A stretch of DNA of 64,000 bases. Source: Haliotis rubra. Taxonomy: Eukaryota. A model generated the notes under the pieces. It was not told the DNA's origin and did not search any database. It saw only the letters and a list, made by a program, of their open reading frames with translations. Shown here piece after piece: positions 1-13,314 of this stretch. How positions within the stretch are numbered: the stretch's first letter is position 1; every line of letters begins with the position of its first letter. The stretch spans positions 2,542,001 to 2,606,000 of the forward strand of contig NW_025766969.1 of assembly GCF_003918875.1 (NCBI RefSeq). The letters run 5' to 3'. A program made the translations under genes and the position numbers.

Positions 1-690
1 CTTAAAGTTTATCAACAGTGAGTTGTGGAGCAACCTTACTTTCTTGAAGGATCCTTTCCCCAGAAATAGAAAACCTCGTGAGCTGAAACGTTTATCAGAC
101 CGAAATATATCTTTGCTTGTTAATGGCATTGAGTTCATATATTCTGTTTTACATTGCAGAATCATTGCATTATTGTTAAAAATGTCATCTTCTAGGAAAC
201 CAAATGTATCAAGTAACTGTTGTATCCGACTATTGTGAACAACGTAATCTCGGCGTTTTATCTAAGATAACATTTTACTTGATTCCTTTTCTATGCTGTA
301 ACACTAACACAGTGATCATGATGAAACTTTGTTGAGGTGAAAGTGATTGGCAGGTGTTGGTTACTTTAACCCTCTGCAGTCAGTATGACAACTGGTCTTG
401 GAAAGGCATAACCACCTACCTGAAATGCGGTATAAATTTACATGTTTATGAGCAATAAGAATCAGAAAATAAGTCTTGTGTTAAGACACACAACCCCCAC
501 CCCACCCCCACCCCCGCATCAGGACGTCTTTTCCTTGCAAAGAATATTACTTCATGAATGGTTTCATGAACAGTTAACACCCATATCAATATTGGTGGAA
601 ATATACAAAGTTGTACCTAGAGGAGGTCTCGGAACTTGCCACCCAATGGTATCTATCATCCGAATCGACTACAGTTTCTACCCAATCCCA

Positions 691-790
691 ACAGTGACGT
701 CGTGATGCGAACACCTCAGTGACGTTTTGACGCGAACACCACAGTGACGTCGTGATGCGAACACCACAGTGACGTTGCGACACGACCCCT
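691..790. repeat. Short tandem repeat, ~25-bp unit (acagtgacgtcgtgatgcgaacacc), ~4 copies
   Basis: Directly visible; each unit carries TGACGT. Confidence 0.85.
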
Positions 791-2252
791 TTTCGTAAGC
801 TCCCGGCATCGCTTATTTTCAGTGATCCATCCTTACAATTTTCACCGCGATTCTCCACGCCCAATCATTTTCAGGGATATTCAAGGCTGGTTATGTTTTG
901 ATACAAACGTTTCATATTTAGTACGTCGTATTTACTCGGATCAAATGTTTGCAAGTCATCCAAACTGAGCTATCGTGCCGGTTTCTGTACACTGTATATA
1001 TATCTGATAAACGCAGGGTTGGAAATGCTGTTGGGCTATAAAACTGTCTGGTAGACGTTGCTATCTTAAAAGAACAATGAAGTTACGACCCCCGTGCAGA
1101 AAGAACGACGGCAGATAACGGAGATGTAGATCTTCGCGCAATTTTAGGCTGTAGGCTTCAACCTACCGAGATAGCATCTCCATAAAGATACGTTACAAGA
1201 ACTCAGTCACGGATGGCGGCTGCCGGGCCCATTCAACACGGCCGCTGTGTGAGAGCTGGTTGGTGCCACAGAAAGCGGGAGTGAGTTGGGCGTAACGTTA
1301 CCTTTACGGTATAATATCACAGCGGTTATATTAATTTTTGCGCTTATACCTAAGTGAAAAGAAGATTTTCGGAAAATCCACTGACACGGGTGTAGTGATA
1401 AAATAACGAGGATTGTGGAATTGGCACCAAGAATCAGTGGACTTTGTCGGTCCTGTCGGCTTTTTGTAGCATCACGTCAACTGTAGGTGCACGTTGAGTA
1501 ATGTAGCACGGGAGAAACTGTATTCCCTTTGGAAGCCCATCCTGAAACAGCTTCTTCCATAACACACATTCTTTGTTTTATTGGGTACTCTTATGATACC
1601 ATGACAAGACATCAGATGTACGTTTACAACAGATTTGTGTTCAGTAATTGCGTTATTTGTATCTGGAATGTAAATGCCACAAACACAACGTTCTGCATCG
1701 CCAACGTCGTGGAAGTAATTTATCGACAAACCCTGCCCTGGTACTGGAACCAGTCATGGCAGACCAGTCAAAGCATCAGACGGCTCTTTCATTGGATCTG
1801 TGAACACGTTTCAGCCCAGTGGTAATGGTACAAGATTTAAGGTGCTGTAAATTTGATGTATTGCCGACATTTGCAAGTTTCAAGGAAACGGTAGAACAAG
1901 ATCATGAGTTATTTATCATTTTATAAACTGGGACTCGTGTTTGTTTGCAATCGTGTTTGAGGAAAGTGGTCATTATAGGTTGGGGAAGTTGATGTTGGGA
2001 GACAGCTTGGACATATCATTTCAAAGCTGTGACTTGGTTCTGTTCAAAGACTGTTCAGACTTGTCGTGAACACCCGGTGTCATCACTGATTTTTTGGTAA
2101 TCCATTTAACTTTCCACTGCTAATTTTTCATCATTTTTCACCAAGTGGAATCTGCATTGTCGGGTATTCGAAACTGGTTGTTCTCTTACCTTGACAGTGT
2201 AGATTTCCATAACACTGGCGGTACAACAGACTAAGATCGCCTTGATCATATG

Positions 2253-2460
2253 GACCCGTGAGAATCCGGCTTAGAATTGGTCTTCGGCAACCAGGGCGAC
2301 TAAAAGGATCAGGTAGTCTGGCTCGCTGACTTGGTGGATTCATGTCATCGTGTCCCAATTGCGCAGATCTATGCTCACGGTGCCAATCACTGGATTGTCT
2401 GGTCCAGATTCGATTATTTACAGATCGTCGTCATATGCAGCGTTAAACCACAGCAACAAC
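2253..2460 (+). mobile_element. SINE-like family B copy (diverged, internally deleted)
   Basis: Aligns by eye to the 5728-5973 copy (acccgtg...ggcgactaa...gctcgctgacttgg...cactggattgtctggtccag). Confidence 0.8.
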
Positions 2461-4989
2461 ACATTGATCATATGGAAGCTAATTTAAGGTTCCATCACAC
2501 CTGAACAGCGGTTATTACCGTTTCCTCTCAACCCTCGTACCACTTACTGACTCGAATACAGTCAGCAACCCGGCGTGTAATATCGGTTATATCACCACCC
2601 ATGGCGTTAAAACTCTTGTCACTTACCCAATCAGAATTTCATGTAACACGCCAGGGGGGCTTCCGAAGGTTGCTGTATAGATAATTAGAGAATATATCAG
2701 ATGGCTAAGTTTAGAAATGTTTCTTTGTATGGAATCCCTGTCCTGCAAGTGTTAATCAGCTAACTGTACCGTTGTTTACGGCTTGGAACCACTGGTGAAA
2801 TATTTACGATACAAGTTGAAAGCAGTTCTACGGGGACCAACTCCCTCGAGGGAGAGCTTCCAAAGATGTAAAGACATTTTAAATTGATATGTTCCGTGAA
2901 CACCCTGAGTCATAAGATCCCCAAACCAAACACGGAAGCCCCCATTCCTGGTAGGAAACTCTTGCAATATTCCTGGAAGAAAGCATTTGATTATTTTGGA
3001 TTGACACGTTTTAAGCCTGCGGCTGTATAAATTCCTCGCGTAAACATTCCACTCAAGATTCGCTTTTATAATAACGATAGATTTAGACAGACCAGTGTTC
3101 CAGATGTGTCGAGAGGGATGTATAAAAATAGAATTGTTCCAATTTAATCTGAATTCCTGTCTTCTCAGGTCATTGTCGGTTACGCCTATAGCAATCAACG
3201 TAAGCCTGTATAAGCACTTCTTTCCTACCTTTTCTGTGATTGTTTTCAATTATGAGAAATGGTTATATTTACGCAACATTTTAATAGACATTATAAGCTT
3301 TTATTGATCGCCAATAAAGACTTTGGTGACACATGTACTTTAATTCATATAGTTAATATATACGGGAAGTACATATAATTTAGTCGGCTGTATCCAATGT
3401 AAATGAATAAAATATAATATGAATATACGAGTAACGTATAACATAGTATTTAAACTTTTATGCTGTGAATGCTTTTGCATTTCATGAATAATACGCACCG
3501 TGTAGTACGCCATAATTTAGAACAATATGGTATTATATACATTTTATTGGGTCTAAAAGGCAAAATGACAGTTAAAGACAATGTAGGTACGTGTCTATGA
3601 TCATTGTATAGGGACATTGGTCTCAAAACGATATAAGATCTCATATTAGATGCTTTTGAATAAGCTTTTGGCCGGATATGCAATCAGTTATAATTGGTTG
3701 CGCATGAAATCTTGCCAAGTCGGCAACATTACCTGGTGAGACACACTTGGCCCTTAGTCAGATATTGTTTTATTTTGGCAACGATCCAATAACATAACCA
3801 TCCAAAATGTTTGTGTAGAGTTATTACAAAGATAAATTATTAATGATATATTACAGGTTTTATCCACAGTGGAATTGTCATTCATGAGAAAATTAATTAG
3901 ATGTTGATGGAATTGATTCGAACAGGTGTCGGTCGCTGCATAAGGTGAATGTACAAGTAATGCTATAAATCTCATGGCGAAATTAACACCATACACTGTC
4001 TTAGGATGGTATTCAGTGTAATCAACTTAAGGAAGGATCAAAACAGAATTACAGTATTTTATCTCGAGTAACTCATCGTCAGCAAACGAAGGTTTGAATC
4101 ACAAGCATCCGAGGTTGAGAATTTCATGCGCAGACGATATGAATCGGCCATTTGCCGTCTATGATGGAGACAGGTTTATGCTGGTATGTTAACAAAGTCA
4201 CTACATCACCATGCGTTAATTACTTAAAGAGTTCTATTTCTTAGAACGTACATTTTTCAATGGTGTTTTGAATCATGTTGATACACATGGGCGTTTATTA
4301 CACATCCCGGGTCCTGAGAGCGCGAGCACGAAAATAGGTGTCGAACTGGTATCGTTGACCGAGGTAGAAGATTTCTTACTGTGGTTGTTGCTGTGCAAGA
4401 TCACATATTTTGACTTAATGTTCTGGAATGACGTAGGCAATAATTACACCGCTCAAGCTTCTCTCTGGTTCATATGTATGTTCCCCCGATAGATGTAAGT
4501 CCTTACAGCGTTAGCCACTAGAGCTTCCAGCTTTTGTTTATAGTCGACTTCAAAGCCGACTTCAACGGCCTCTTAATGAGAAAAGAGGCTATGGGGTGTT
4601 ATTGCCTGGTCTGTTGTTTTGGGGCGTTATTTCTGGAATAATGTTTGGGAAATAGGTATGGTTGAATTTCATGCCTCTCAGAAGGGGTTCAGAGGCTGGC
4701 ATCCAGTAGTCGTTTCGTTCAGAACACCACAAATCTTAATTCATGTCTATTCAGCTTTGATATATTACTGACCTGATCATTTTGTATTACAATTGAGGTA
4801 ATACAGATTTGGCATCTCGTCTATATTCAGACCCTCACCAACCTGCGTGCATTTTGTTGTTTGTAGTAAGTAAGTGACAGGCATACCATTTGTTACGATA
4901 CCAACGACATGGAGCATGACATCTCCACTTTTGAGAATCGGTGATCGGTTCATATAATTGCCACCACTGGTCTGCCTTTAACGCCAAAA

Positions 4990-5149
4990 GGGCGGTGGGG
5001 TAGTCTAGTGGTTAACTCGTTCGTTCGTCACGCCGAAGACCTGGGTTTGATTCCCCACATTGGTACAACGTGTGAAGCTCATTTCTCATCTCCCCCGCCG
5101 TGATATTGATGGAATATTGTCAAAAGCGGCGTAAAACCATACTCACTCA
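4990..5149 (+). mobile_element. tRNA-derived SINE (family A), full length
   Basis: A-box-like TAGTCTAGTGG and B-box-like GGTTTGATTCC; tRNA-Asp-like GTCACGCCGAAGACC; (ACTC)n tail; 14-bp TSD ctttaacgccaaaa at 4976-4989 and 5150-5163. Confidence 0.9.
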
Positions 5150-5727
5150 CTTTAACGCCAAAATGAATCTTGATTCTCAAAAGTGGAGATGTCATGCTCC
5201 ATGGCGTTGGTGTTTGCAATATATAGAATTTAATTTAAATATGCCAATGCTCAATTTGTATCGCATTAACCTGTTTGAATCTGGGTTAGATTGGTCGTCA
5301 GTGTTTTCCCTTAACCCTGAAAAGATGCAGGCCCTAAGCACCCAGAACCATAAAAAGTTGCTGGTCCTGATCAGAATGAGTATACCCTATATCTAAATGT
5401 GGAAATAATACTCTTTGTGATTGGGGATGAAAAAGCTGTCGGCCATAAAGACCTGTAGAAAACAAAAGCTGTGGGTCCGAGAGGTTTTGAGTCGGCTTGG
5501 GGCCCAAATTCCGACGTTAATGCCGAACGCTGCTTCATGCAGTAGCCTGTGCTTGTAAAATGTTTACAAAATAGATCGGTAGTTTAGAGGTGGGTGGATC
5601 GGGGTATGACTTGACTTATTGCACGTCACCGTACTCCAACGGCATAGCAGATTGTTGATATTATGAAAGACGGGTGTGTCTGGTCCAGACTCGATTGATT
5701 TCAGGATGCAGTGATCTACATAGCTGG

Positions 5728-5973
5728 TACCCGAGAAGACCCGGGTTAGAATTGGCCTTCAGTAACCCATGCTTGTCGTAACAGGCGACTAAAGGGATCG
5801 GGTGGTCAGGCTCGCTGACTTGGTTGACACATGTCATCGTATCCCAATTACGTAGATTGATGCTCATGCTGTTGATCACTGGATTGTCAGGTCCAGATTC
5901 TATTATTTACAGACCGCCGCCGTATAGCTGGAATATTGCTGGGTGTGGCCTTAAACAACAAACCAACCAACGA
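5728..5973 (+). mobile_element. SINE-like family B, full length, nested in an older B copy
   Basis: 10-bp TSD acatagctgg at 5718-5727 and 5974-5983; (AACC)n tail; flanks 5675-5727 and 5984-6015 join into a degraded B tail. Confidence 0.88.
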
Positions 5974-7577
5974 ACATAGCTGGACTATTTCTGACCTTGT
6001 CGTTACACGACATAAGCACGTGAATACATGTGGCATATCAAGATAGAAATACCCTATTGTAATATTCCTGCTCTGTTGCTATAAATCTGTGATAAACAAA
6101 CCCGACGAGTCCTGAACTCATTATCTGCAAAGCACACACTTGTCATCAACATGTAAACTACACACATTTTGTATTCCCCATCCAGTTCCTCGGTCTCAGG
6201 ACATTCTGGCAGTAGTCATTATCTCATTTTAATGTATACACCACCATGTGTTAAGTGTACAAATACCTACGTCATATATTCTGTCGGTATATTTTCCACA
6301 GTGGTATCGTAAATGACAACGTATTTATGGTAAGAGAATTTTCGTGCCAAGCTTGTTCTCAAAGATGCACGTAATGCGCGGATTTATTTGTGTTTAATCC
6401 CAAACCTCGAACTGTGAGTGTTCTGGCGTTCTTGATGCCTCACATACTGATAACATACACGTGAGTATAGAGTGTGTATCGCTGTCAGACACTCTAGCGT
6501 TTAGTAAACTATTTTGACAAGAAACAGTATAAATAAGTTAAGCTTGTCACCGTACAATTTTGAAGAAGTCACGCCTAAAACCTTTCACAAATCTGATGCA
6601 ACCTGGAAACACAAACACTTTTCGAGTTACTCATTTTCCGATTTTGTAAAATGAATTCTATTTTTACTATTGAAGTATTTGTGATCCGTTCATACAGCAT
6701 TACGCCTCTTGCTCAGGCTTGTTCACGTGTTGCCTCTCATGTTTATTGTTTAACTCGCTGCCCTGTGTATGTGGTCATACCCTTTGAAAAGATATATCAT
6801 TCCAGCGATCACCCTTCCATTAATTTACCCACTCCAAGTATATTGATTAGGATTATTTCTCTTGACTCGGCACGATGGCCGAGAAGCGGGCGAAGCTCTG
6901 AAGGGTTACATTGATCTGCGATAAGTTGAGGCATATGTCCCTGGCAGCTTGCCATACTTTCCTGCTCAATCCGTGGTAGCAATCTGAAGCCCTCTACTTA
7001 TGAAGATACAACAGCGTGTTGAAATCCAAGACACGTGGTCGTGTTTGTTTTGCTAGAATTTGTCTCTGGCAGTATCCGTTGTTCTAGTCATGATCATCAC
7101 ACACACCTGTGTTCTTCCTAATGGTACTTCCCTTTCGTCACCAATTATGTTTTGGTATTTGACTTCAGGCTAGGTGGCGTTATGGCCATTACAGCCTCGT
7201 TCTGAACCCTTCCCTGCAATGCCTGTCACCATTCATCATTTGAAACCATCGGCGTTGACAAATGGTTGTTCGTTTAGTGTTGCGTTCCACCCATGGAGTT
7301 CCCTGCACTAACAAGACAGCTTCAGTATGTATTTTTTGTGTAAGCTTTGCTTGAGTTAATTCCGAGTGATGCGTTTACATGTTCTGTCTACACTATGCGT
7401 TTGGATGTGTATAGCAATGCTCGTGTCGTCGCTTGTTACATGTTAACCGATTATATGAATTTCAAATTATTTGCCATAAAAGAAAAACAATAGTTTCTTA
7501 AGGCTAATTTGTATAAGGTCCCTGCTACCATTGTCTAGTCGTTATTGGGCTTATTGCATATTGATCCTTTTTCGTTA

Positions 7578-8425
7578 TAGTAACCTCTTGTTGTGAATAT
7601 CGTCCTGTTCTTCACAACATAACCTCTTGTTGTGAATATAGTCCCGTTCTTCACAACATAGTAACCTCTTGCTGTGAATATCGTCCTGTTCTTCACAACA
7701 TAGTAACCTCTTGTTGTGAATATAGTCCCGTTCTTCACAACATAGTAACCTCTTGTTGTGAATATCGTCCTGTTCTTCACAACATAGTAACCTCTTGTTG
7801 TGAATATCGTCCTGTTCTTCACAACATAGTAACCTCTTGTTGTGAATATCGTCCTGTTCTTCACAACATAGTAACCTCTTGCTGTGAATATCGTCCTGTT
7901 CTTCACAACATAGTAACCTCTTGTTGTGAATATCGTCCTGTTCTTCACAACATAGTAACCTCTTGTTGTGAATATTGTCCTCTTGTTCACAACATAGTAA
8001 CCTCTTGTTGGCGTTGACTCTGTGGTCCTGTTCTTCTCAACATAGTAACCTCTTGTTGTGTATGTTGTCCTGTTCTTCTCAACATAGTAACCTCTAGTCC
8101 CTCTTGTTGTGTATGTAGTCCTGTTCTTCTCAACATAGTAACCTCTTGTTGTGTATGTAGTCCTGCTCTTCTCAACATAGTAACCACTTGTTGTGTATGT
8201 AGTCCTGTTACATACACAGTAACCTCTTGTGTATGTTGTCCTGTTCTTCACAACATAGTAACCTCTTGTGGATGTTCATGTAATATATGTAATAATTAAT
8301 GGCCTTTGCAACATAGAAACCTCTTGATGGCGTAGTATATGTAAGAATACCCTTTTCAACAAAACAGCCCCTTGTGAAAGTTGTCTGTGTATTAATCCCC
8401 TTCACAATATAGCAACCTCTTGTGG
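7578..8425. repeat. 42-bp minisatellite (tagtaacctcttgttgtgaatatcgtcctgttcttcacaaca), ~16 good copies plus a degenerate right flank
   Basis: Directly visible; 14-aa periodicity in ORF 7535..8251. Confidence 0.95.
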
Positions 8426-9134
8426 ATACTGTACGTGTAATCATCCCTTTGTTTGTTTTAAACATATTTTATTCAAGGATGAAATGGATTGGGCACAAGT
8501 TATCCAACTTAGGAACGTCCACCTCCTTCACATCATATTGGCTTATAGTAGGCATGTGGCAATGCCCTTCCCACATAGTACCTTTCTGCAGGTCTTTCAT
8601 ACCTAGTCATAACCGTGCCTTGCAAATCATACTGTCATATTAAATCGGTTATAAGCATTAAACTAATCAACAGCCGATATCTCACTTTCTGTTTTGTTAG
8701 CATGAAATATTCATTGCTACTTGACGTGAATGCTGGATCAACCTGTCACGCTCTGGTCATTATTGTAAGGTTGTCACAGCTTCAGTTTCACTATGAATGT
8801 GGCATGCCTTAACGCTGAATTGATTGTATTTAGGACAATTCATGTCGATCCATTCCTATCGTATATCAAAGCTAAGGTTATAAAATGTCGAAGCCCAGTC
8901 ATACATGGGAAAATGAGTATGAAAAGATGCTGACATGTAATCGGTAGAGTAACAGCTGGTGTCCACAGCGCATTGACCTCAACGTTCATTACACCAACAG
9001 TACTTCAACATGTGGCTATGTTGGCTTTGTTTGTAGACGTGTTTTAGTGGATCGTTGTAGTTGTTTACAGGAGTCATTTCTTGTCTGAAAAACAGTGGAT
9101 GATTCAATGATGGTATAATCCTACGTTGGGCGTA

Positions 9135-9360
9135 CAGAGGGCATTATTGGGAATAACAATCATTGTTATTACATAGGGCATTATTGTGTGTACCGACCAT
9201 TGTGATCACAGAGGGCGTTATTGGGGATAACGACCGTTGTGATGACATAGGGGCATTATTGTGTGCACTGACCATTGTCATGACATAGGGGCATTATTGA
9301 CAGTACCAACATCACATTTGTATTGGGGGCATTGTTTCTTGCACTGACAATTATCATCAC
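9135..9360. repeat. Degenerate ~38-bp tandem repeat (ggcattattg...accattgtgat)
   Basis: ggcattattg recurs about every 38 bp. Confidence 0.7.
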
Positions 9361-9434
9361 ATATCATTTGCGATTACCATTCGTTCACATATACAAGTTA
9401 TAGAAAGGAAATGAAATGGTATGTGCATAGTTAT

Positions 9435-9815
9435 ATGTAAGCCAAGGGAAATCCTTGCCATTGTAAGCCCAGAAGAATCACTGGCATTTTAAGCCAAGTG
9501 AAATCTTTGCCACTGTAAGCTAAATGTAAGCCTTGCCTTTGTAGGCTATGTTTAATCATTGTACACTAAGTGTAATCCTTGCCACTGTAAGCTACCTTTA
9601 AACCTTACCATTGTGAGCGACGTTTAATCCTTTTTTTTGTAAGCCAAGTACACTTTTTGCAGCTGTGAAATAAGTGTAAACCCTCCTATAGTAAGCGACG
9701 TTTAATCCTTGTTATTGTAAGCCAAGTGAAATCTTTGCGACTGTAAGAAAAGCGTAAACCTTCCCGTTATGAGCAAATTTTAATCCTTGTTTTTGTAAGC
9801 CAAGTGTAATCCATG
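9435..9815. repeat. Degenerate tandem repeat (gtaagccaagtg...aatccttg)
   Basis: gtaagc and aatcctt motifs recur at ~25-30 bp spacing. Confidence 0.7.
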
Positions 9816-11124
9816 CCAGGTATTCACCAAGACGTTTGTCTGTCATGGAATATCTGCGTTTCTCCTTGCAAGCTATCTCTTGGAAACAATGAGATGATGA
9901 AGACGTAATTATTCCTACAAGATCCAACTCAATGATGCCAACAAACTCATTACTGAGAACGACCGATGGCGTTTATCGTTAATCTACTCATCACTGAATA
10001 TGATACAACAACGAGAAAACCTATTTGCATGATACTGCTGTTGCCTAGGTGATCAGCAAGTCAAATTGCGTCACGTACTGGCTTACGTCGTTAGTGACGA
10101 CATGCCACCAATTACAAATGGTTCCACTTCCGCGTTTAATGACAACTCGATTAGAAATTTGGAAAGTAGATAGGTAATTGATGACCTAATGAGAGTGATG
10201 CAATATTTTGTCCTGTGGTACTCGATAGCACGACATGTTCCGCTATATATTCAGCATATTACGTTAATGAGACTACTTTCACCCGAACCGGCAGCATGTT
10301 CAATACGATTGCATGGTGCCGGTTCTTTTAATAAATACCATACTGGAGAAGTATACTTCTTTTGAAATACACCTCAACGGAAAGCCCATTCCTAACCAGA
10401 TCTTTCCCACTGTCCCACCCACAGCCCCATGATACATGGATGTTCCTGAAGTTAACGTCGACCTTAAACCATATCAACGTTTACTGTTGTGTTTAAAGTA
10501 TGATTGACCTGAGGTCCAGCAGAAACTGTGAATGCATACGTTATGTTCCGCATAAATGAATAATCTAACCACAATCTAGCTCCGGCGAATCAAATCCGAT
10601 TGATCTACCAAGTCTCGTTGTCTTCTCGGCTTAGACGCGATTTGGTGGAAACCTCAGACAGTTATTGACAGAAGTCCTCCCGACCGACAACGATTGTTCC
10701 TAGCTTGTGTAGTGTTGACATATTGCTAAGCCCGACATGTTTATGCCACAGTCAAATGTCTTACTGATGTGGCTTGCCACAGTAACATATGAAGTGAAGC
10801 TTAGTATGGAAGCATAACAGTTCTATATTTGATACAGCGTGGGTGCTGGCTTGCCATGTTGGTCTCCATTACGAAGCAACCACATTCTTCGCGAGGCGAT
10901 GGCTCTGATATTATGTGAATATGTATAACCCATAATTGACTAGAGGACAGTGCGTTGTATATCTTGTATATATTCATGTGCGATCTACATGATGGTACTC
11001 CCGTTTCTTAGTATAGGGGCTTTGATATTTTTGTGATTAGTTAGCTTGTTTACATATCTAGTTGTTGACATCGTAACCGGTTTCCTATCTCACAGCAATA
11101 GCAAAACCTTTTCATAACGCGAAT

Positions 11125-11770
11125 TCGGCGGTAGGGACCCCTGCTTGTACATATTTTGATTCTGAACTCTAATCATTAATAACTACCTTTTGAACTCTGT
11201 TTTCTAAGTAACTTGTGAACCATTTCAGAAGCTCACCTTGGATACCATAAGCGTTACGTTTACGGATGATACCTTCATGACATACCCTATCAAAGGATTT
11301 GCTTTCATCGTAAAAACAAATCTCTACCTTCCTCTAATGCACAAGCAATAAAATTATATAGGAATGTGAGATGATATGATGTTGAGTCATCTGGCATAAA
11401 TTCCGTTTGTAGATTAATTAGGTCATTTTCCCTGAAATAAATGAACACATGTTTGAAAATACACTTTCAAACAGTTTGACTACGCAACTCGTAAGTGCTA
11501 CAGGTCTATAGTTTGAGCATTCATGTAGATTAACTTTTTAATGAATTGGCGTTATTGATGCTTGTTTCCAGACTGTCGGAAAAAAATTATTTTGGAGAGA
11601 TAAGTATAAAATAACTTCGTAAGAATAGGAAAGAGCTAGACTAATCGCTGTTAATTTAAGTAGTTCGTTTATTATACCATCTGGCCCTGTTGCTTTAGTT
11701 GTATTTACAGAAAGAAGAATATCACAAACTTCACATAAATTCAAATTCACAGTTGTGAAGTTATCTATAG
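11125..11770 (-). pseudogene. Decayed non-LTR retrotransposon (LINE, CR1/L2/Jockey-like) reverse-transcriptase fragment
   Basis: Minus-strand translations give KATGPDGI, FPTVWKQASITPIH, NYRPVALTSCVVKLFE and FDRVCHEGII..AYGIQGELLKWFTSYL, which are LINE RT motifs. Stops and frameshifts are present. Confidence 0.85.
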
Positions 11771-13314
11771 ATAACAAATGTTATTTTGAAATATTATTCA
11801 AGTTCAAGAAAAAGCCAACATGCTTACTTTATTACTTTGATAAAAGTCGATTATATAAAAACAACAACCCCAGAATACTATCATATGTAACCTTGTCATA
11901 AGTTTGAAGAATACATTTTAAATTCTTGTAATACTTAATGACGCAGGTTAATCCAGATAAAACCGATCAAGGACTGCTGGACGGACAAACCATTTTCCAT
12001 TTGTTCAAATACCTCTGAAGGAGAGCACGTATAGAAGCGTTATATGTGTTCCTATAGTCTGCCTCACAGCCCCTGAATCACATTATTTTCTCCACTGCCA
12101 AGCCCTCTCTGCAATGCTCCTAACCGAAGCAAGTCTAGATTTCCTCAGGTTCTGAATCTCTGGTCTCCCCGGGGCTCTTTTTCAATTTAAATGGGTTTCT
12201 TTGTTACAACTAAAATTATATATATTCGGAGACTAAGCGTTAGTCTAGTGTTCTTACAGCAGAAGGATATGAAGTCGGTAAGCGCAAAGGAACACTGATG
12301 TATAGACTTGCACAAGTCTCTAATTAATAGTTTAAATGATAAATTCTAAAAAATAATAAATAACAGACTGGGGTCTGTACTGTCCGCTTATCTAGATTTG
12401 CCTTTTCGAAGGATAGAATTACTATACATCCATGGGCTTAGAATTCAGTACAGCCTTGGAGCAAGGCTAACCGACATACTGTATATACAGATACGCCGTT
12501 GAGTAGTGGATGAACATGTTCAGTATATAAAGCCTTGTAACCGTATCACAAGAAGCAGGGGAATCTTCCCCGATCTACAGTACCTCCAGTGACCTCCATC
12601 CTATCGGCCAGATCGCTGAATGTTAATACACTTCTCCCTCCCTACTCCTTCATCATTAACTCTGCTACACATCTCACTCTTGAAGACAGTTCTTGTATTT
12701 ATAAACGTCAAGCACTCGCTGTAGTAATTTTCTTCCAAGCATAAATTCACTTGAACGTTCCCTGAGCCTTCAAATTATGCTAATGGTTTGTGTGACTTCT
12801 GTGTCATATCAAATAAACAACATACGCTTGTTCTTTACTGCGTGTTAGGATAATTTGCACCTTCCGTCTGAACTTAGATGCGAGATAAAAATCTCCCACT
12901 TCAGCAATTAGGAGACATCGTGGGTTGCGATGTTTGGAATCAGGCTTAGAATAAGAGACGACGTGTTGGAACATATCGAATAACCATCCGTAATGGAGGA
13001 CCATGTTATAATGTGTTGATTTTTGTAAACAGTCTAACTAATTGAGAAATGATTCCTGTTTGTAATGGCTGCTAGAAGGCAGCCAGTAGGGTTGAACACC
13101 CTTCAGCTATGCTGTATCCATCTTGTAGTGGTATGGTAGGAATAGGTTTCTTGAATACCAAGGTGGCATTTCTATCGGGATGTGTACTTGACCACACCAC
13201 TATCCCAGAGCCAACTGAATATTTTGTTTTCATTTCAAACGTGTAACGAAGTGATAGTCGGATCTATGTTCTGTATTTAACGAGCTGACGGAAATGGTAC
13301 GATGCGAAAGGTTG

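Noticed and set aside
1400-3300. ORFs 1529..1825 and 2776..3249 as possible transposon or gene remnants
   Set aside because: No motif I could recognise in any frame; left unannotated.
5281-5532. Possible hAT MITE (right end cgttaatgccgaacgctg)
   Set aside because: Left TIR too degraded and no 8-bp TSD.
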